The translations under genes and the position numbers were made by a program. From contig NC_091984.1 of the NCBI RefSeq assembly GCF_044704955.1, forward strand, positions 109,120,001-109,184,000: a stretch of DNA of 64,000 bases. Direction: 5' to 3'. Below are positions 62,828 through 64,000 of this stretch, piece after piece (within the stretch, counting starts at the first letter, position 1; every line of letters begins with the position of its first letter). The notes under the pieces are model-generated. The model saw only the letters and a program-made list of their open reading frames with translations, was not told the origin of the DNA and searched no databases. This DNA is from Pristiophorus japonicus (taxonomy: Eukaryota).

Positions 62828-64000
62828 AAACATAGAAACATAGAAACATAGAAAATAGGTGCAGGAGCAGGCCATTCAGCCCTTCTAGCCTGCACCGCCA
62901 TTCAACGAGTTCATGGCTGAACATGAAACTTCAGTACCCACTTCCTGCTTTCACGCCATACCCCTTGATCCCCCGAGTAGTAAGGACTTCATCTAACTCC
63001 CTTTTGAATATATTTAGTGAATTGGCCTCAACTACTTCCTGTGGTAGAGAATTCCACAGGTTCACCACTCTCTGGGTGAAGAAGTTTCTCCTTATCTCGG
63101 TCCTAAATGGCTTACCCCTTATCCTTAGACTGTGACCCCTGGTTCTGGACTTCCCCAACATTGGGAACATTCTTCCTGCATCCAACCTGTCCAAACCTGT
63201 CAGAATTTTAAACGTTTCTATGAGGTCCCCTCTCACTCTTCTGAACTCCAGTGAATACAAGCCCAGTTGATCCAGTCTTTCTTGATAGGTCAGTCCCACC
63301 ATCCCGGGAATCAGTCTGGTGAATCTTCGCTGCACTCCCTCAATAGCAAGTATGTCCTTCCTCAAGTTAGGAGACCAAAACTGTACACAATACTCCAGGT
63401 GTGGCCTCACCAAGGCCCTGTACAACTGTAGCAACACCTCCCTGCCCCTGTACTCAAATCCCCTCGCTATGAAGGCCAACATGCCATTTGCTTTCTTAAC
63501 CGCCTGCTGTACCTGCATGCCAACCTTCAATGACTGATGTACCATGACACCCAGGTCTCGTTGCACCTTCCCGTTTCCTAATCTGTCACCATTCAGATAA
63601 TAGTCTGTCTCTCTGTTTTTACCACCAAAGTGGATAACCTCACATTTATCCACATTATACTTCATCTGCCACGCATTTGCCCACTCACCTAACCTATCCA
63701 AGTCACTCTGTAGCCTCATAGCATCCTCCTCGCAGCTCACACTGCCACCCAACTTAGTGTCATCCGCAAATTTGGAGATACTACATTTAATCCCCTCGTC
63801 TAAATCATTAATGTACAATGTAAACAGCTGGGGCCCCAGCACAGAACCCTGTGGTACCCCACTAGTCACTGCCTGCCATTCCGAAAAGTCCCCATTTACT
63901 CCTACTCTTTGCTTCCTGTCTGACAACCAGTACTCAATCCACGTCAGCACACTACCCCCAATCCCATGTGCTTTAACTTTGCACATTAATCTCCTGTGTG
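62828..64000 (-). mobile_element. Young CR1 LINE, continuing past the window end
   Basis: Open 351-aa RT C-terminal frame (62931-63986); (catagaaa)x3 tail on the + strand. Confidence 0.95.

Noticed and set aside
1-64000. The many 60-170-aa ORFs antisense to LINE/LTR coding regions or inside GC-rich MITEs
   Set aside because: Shadow or chance frames with no recognisable domains.

Overview
Repeat-dominated vertebrate genomic DNA. The repeat set (DeuSINE/SacSINE1-like SINEs, HER1/CR1-type LINEs with short tandem tails, Mag-type Gypsy, two-gene Harbingers) points to a cartilaginous fish; this is inference. I could not recognise any host protein-coding exon, RNA gene or CRISPR array. Every ORF I could assign is transposon-derived. 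Contents: a full-length 4.56-kb Gypsy element (54770-59328, 212-bp LTRs, AGCTG TSD), a 5'-truncated Gypsy (14967-~20290), solo LTRs, two HARBI1-type Harbinger transposons (one with a spliced, convergent Myb/SANT partner gene), many Harbinger-type MITEs, about 14 CR1 fragments of several subfamilies, RTE, Penelope and L2 fragments, and SINEs, often nested. The most unusual items are a 1.2-kb LTR-like insertion with an 8-bp TSD, a 133-bp inverted copy of local DNA at a CR1 5' junction, two CR1 copies 10 kb apart sharing ~145 bp of 3' flank, and CTCF-like motifs plus a conserved hairpin in Gypsy LTRs. I see no firm evidence for a wholly new biological system. All family names are from pattern recognition, not database searches.
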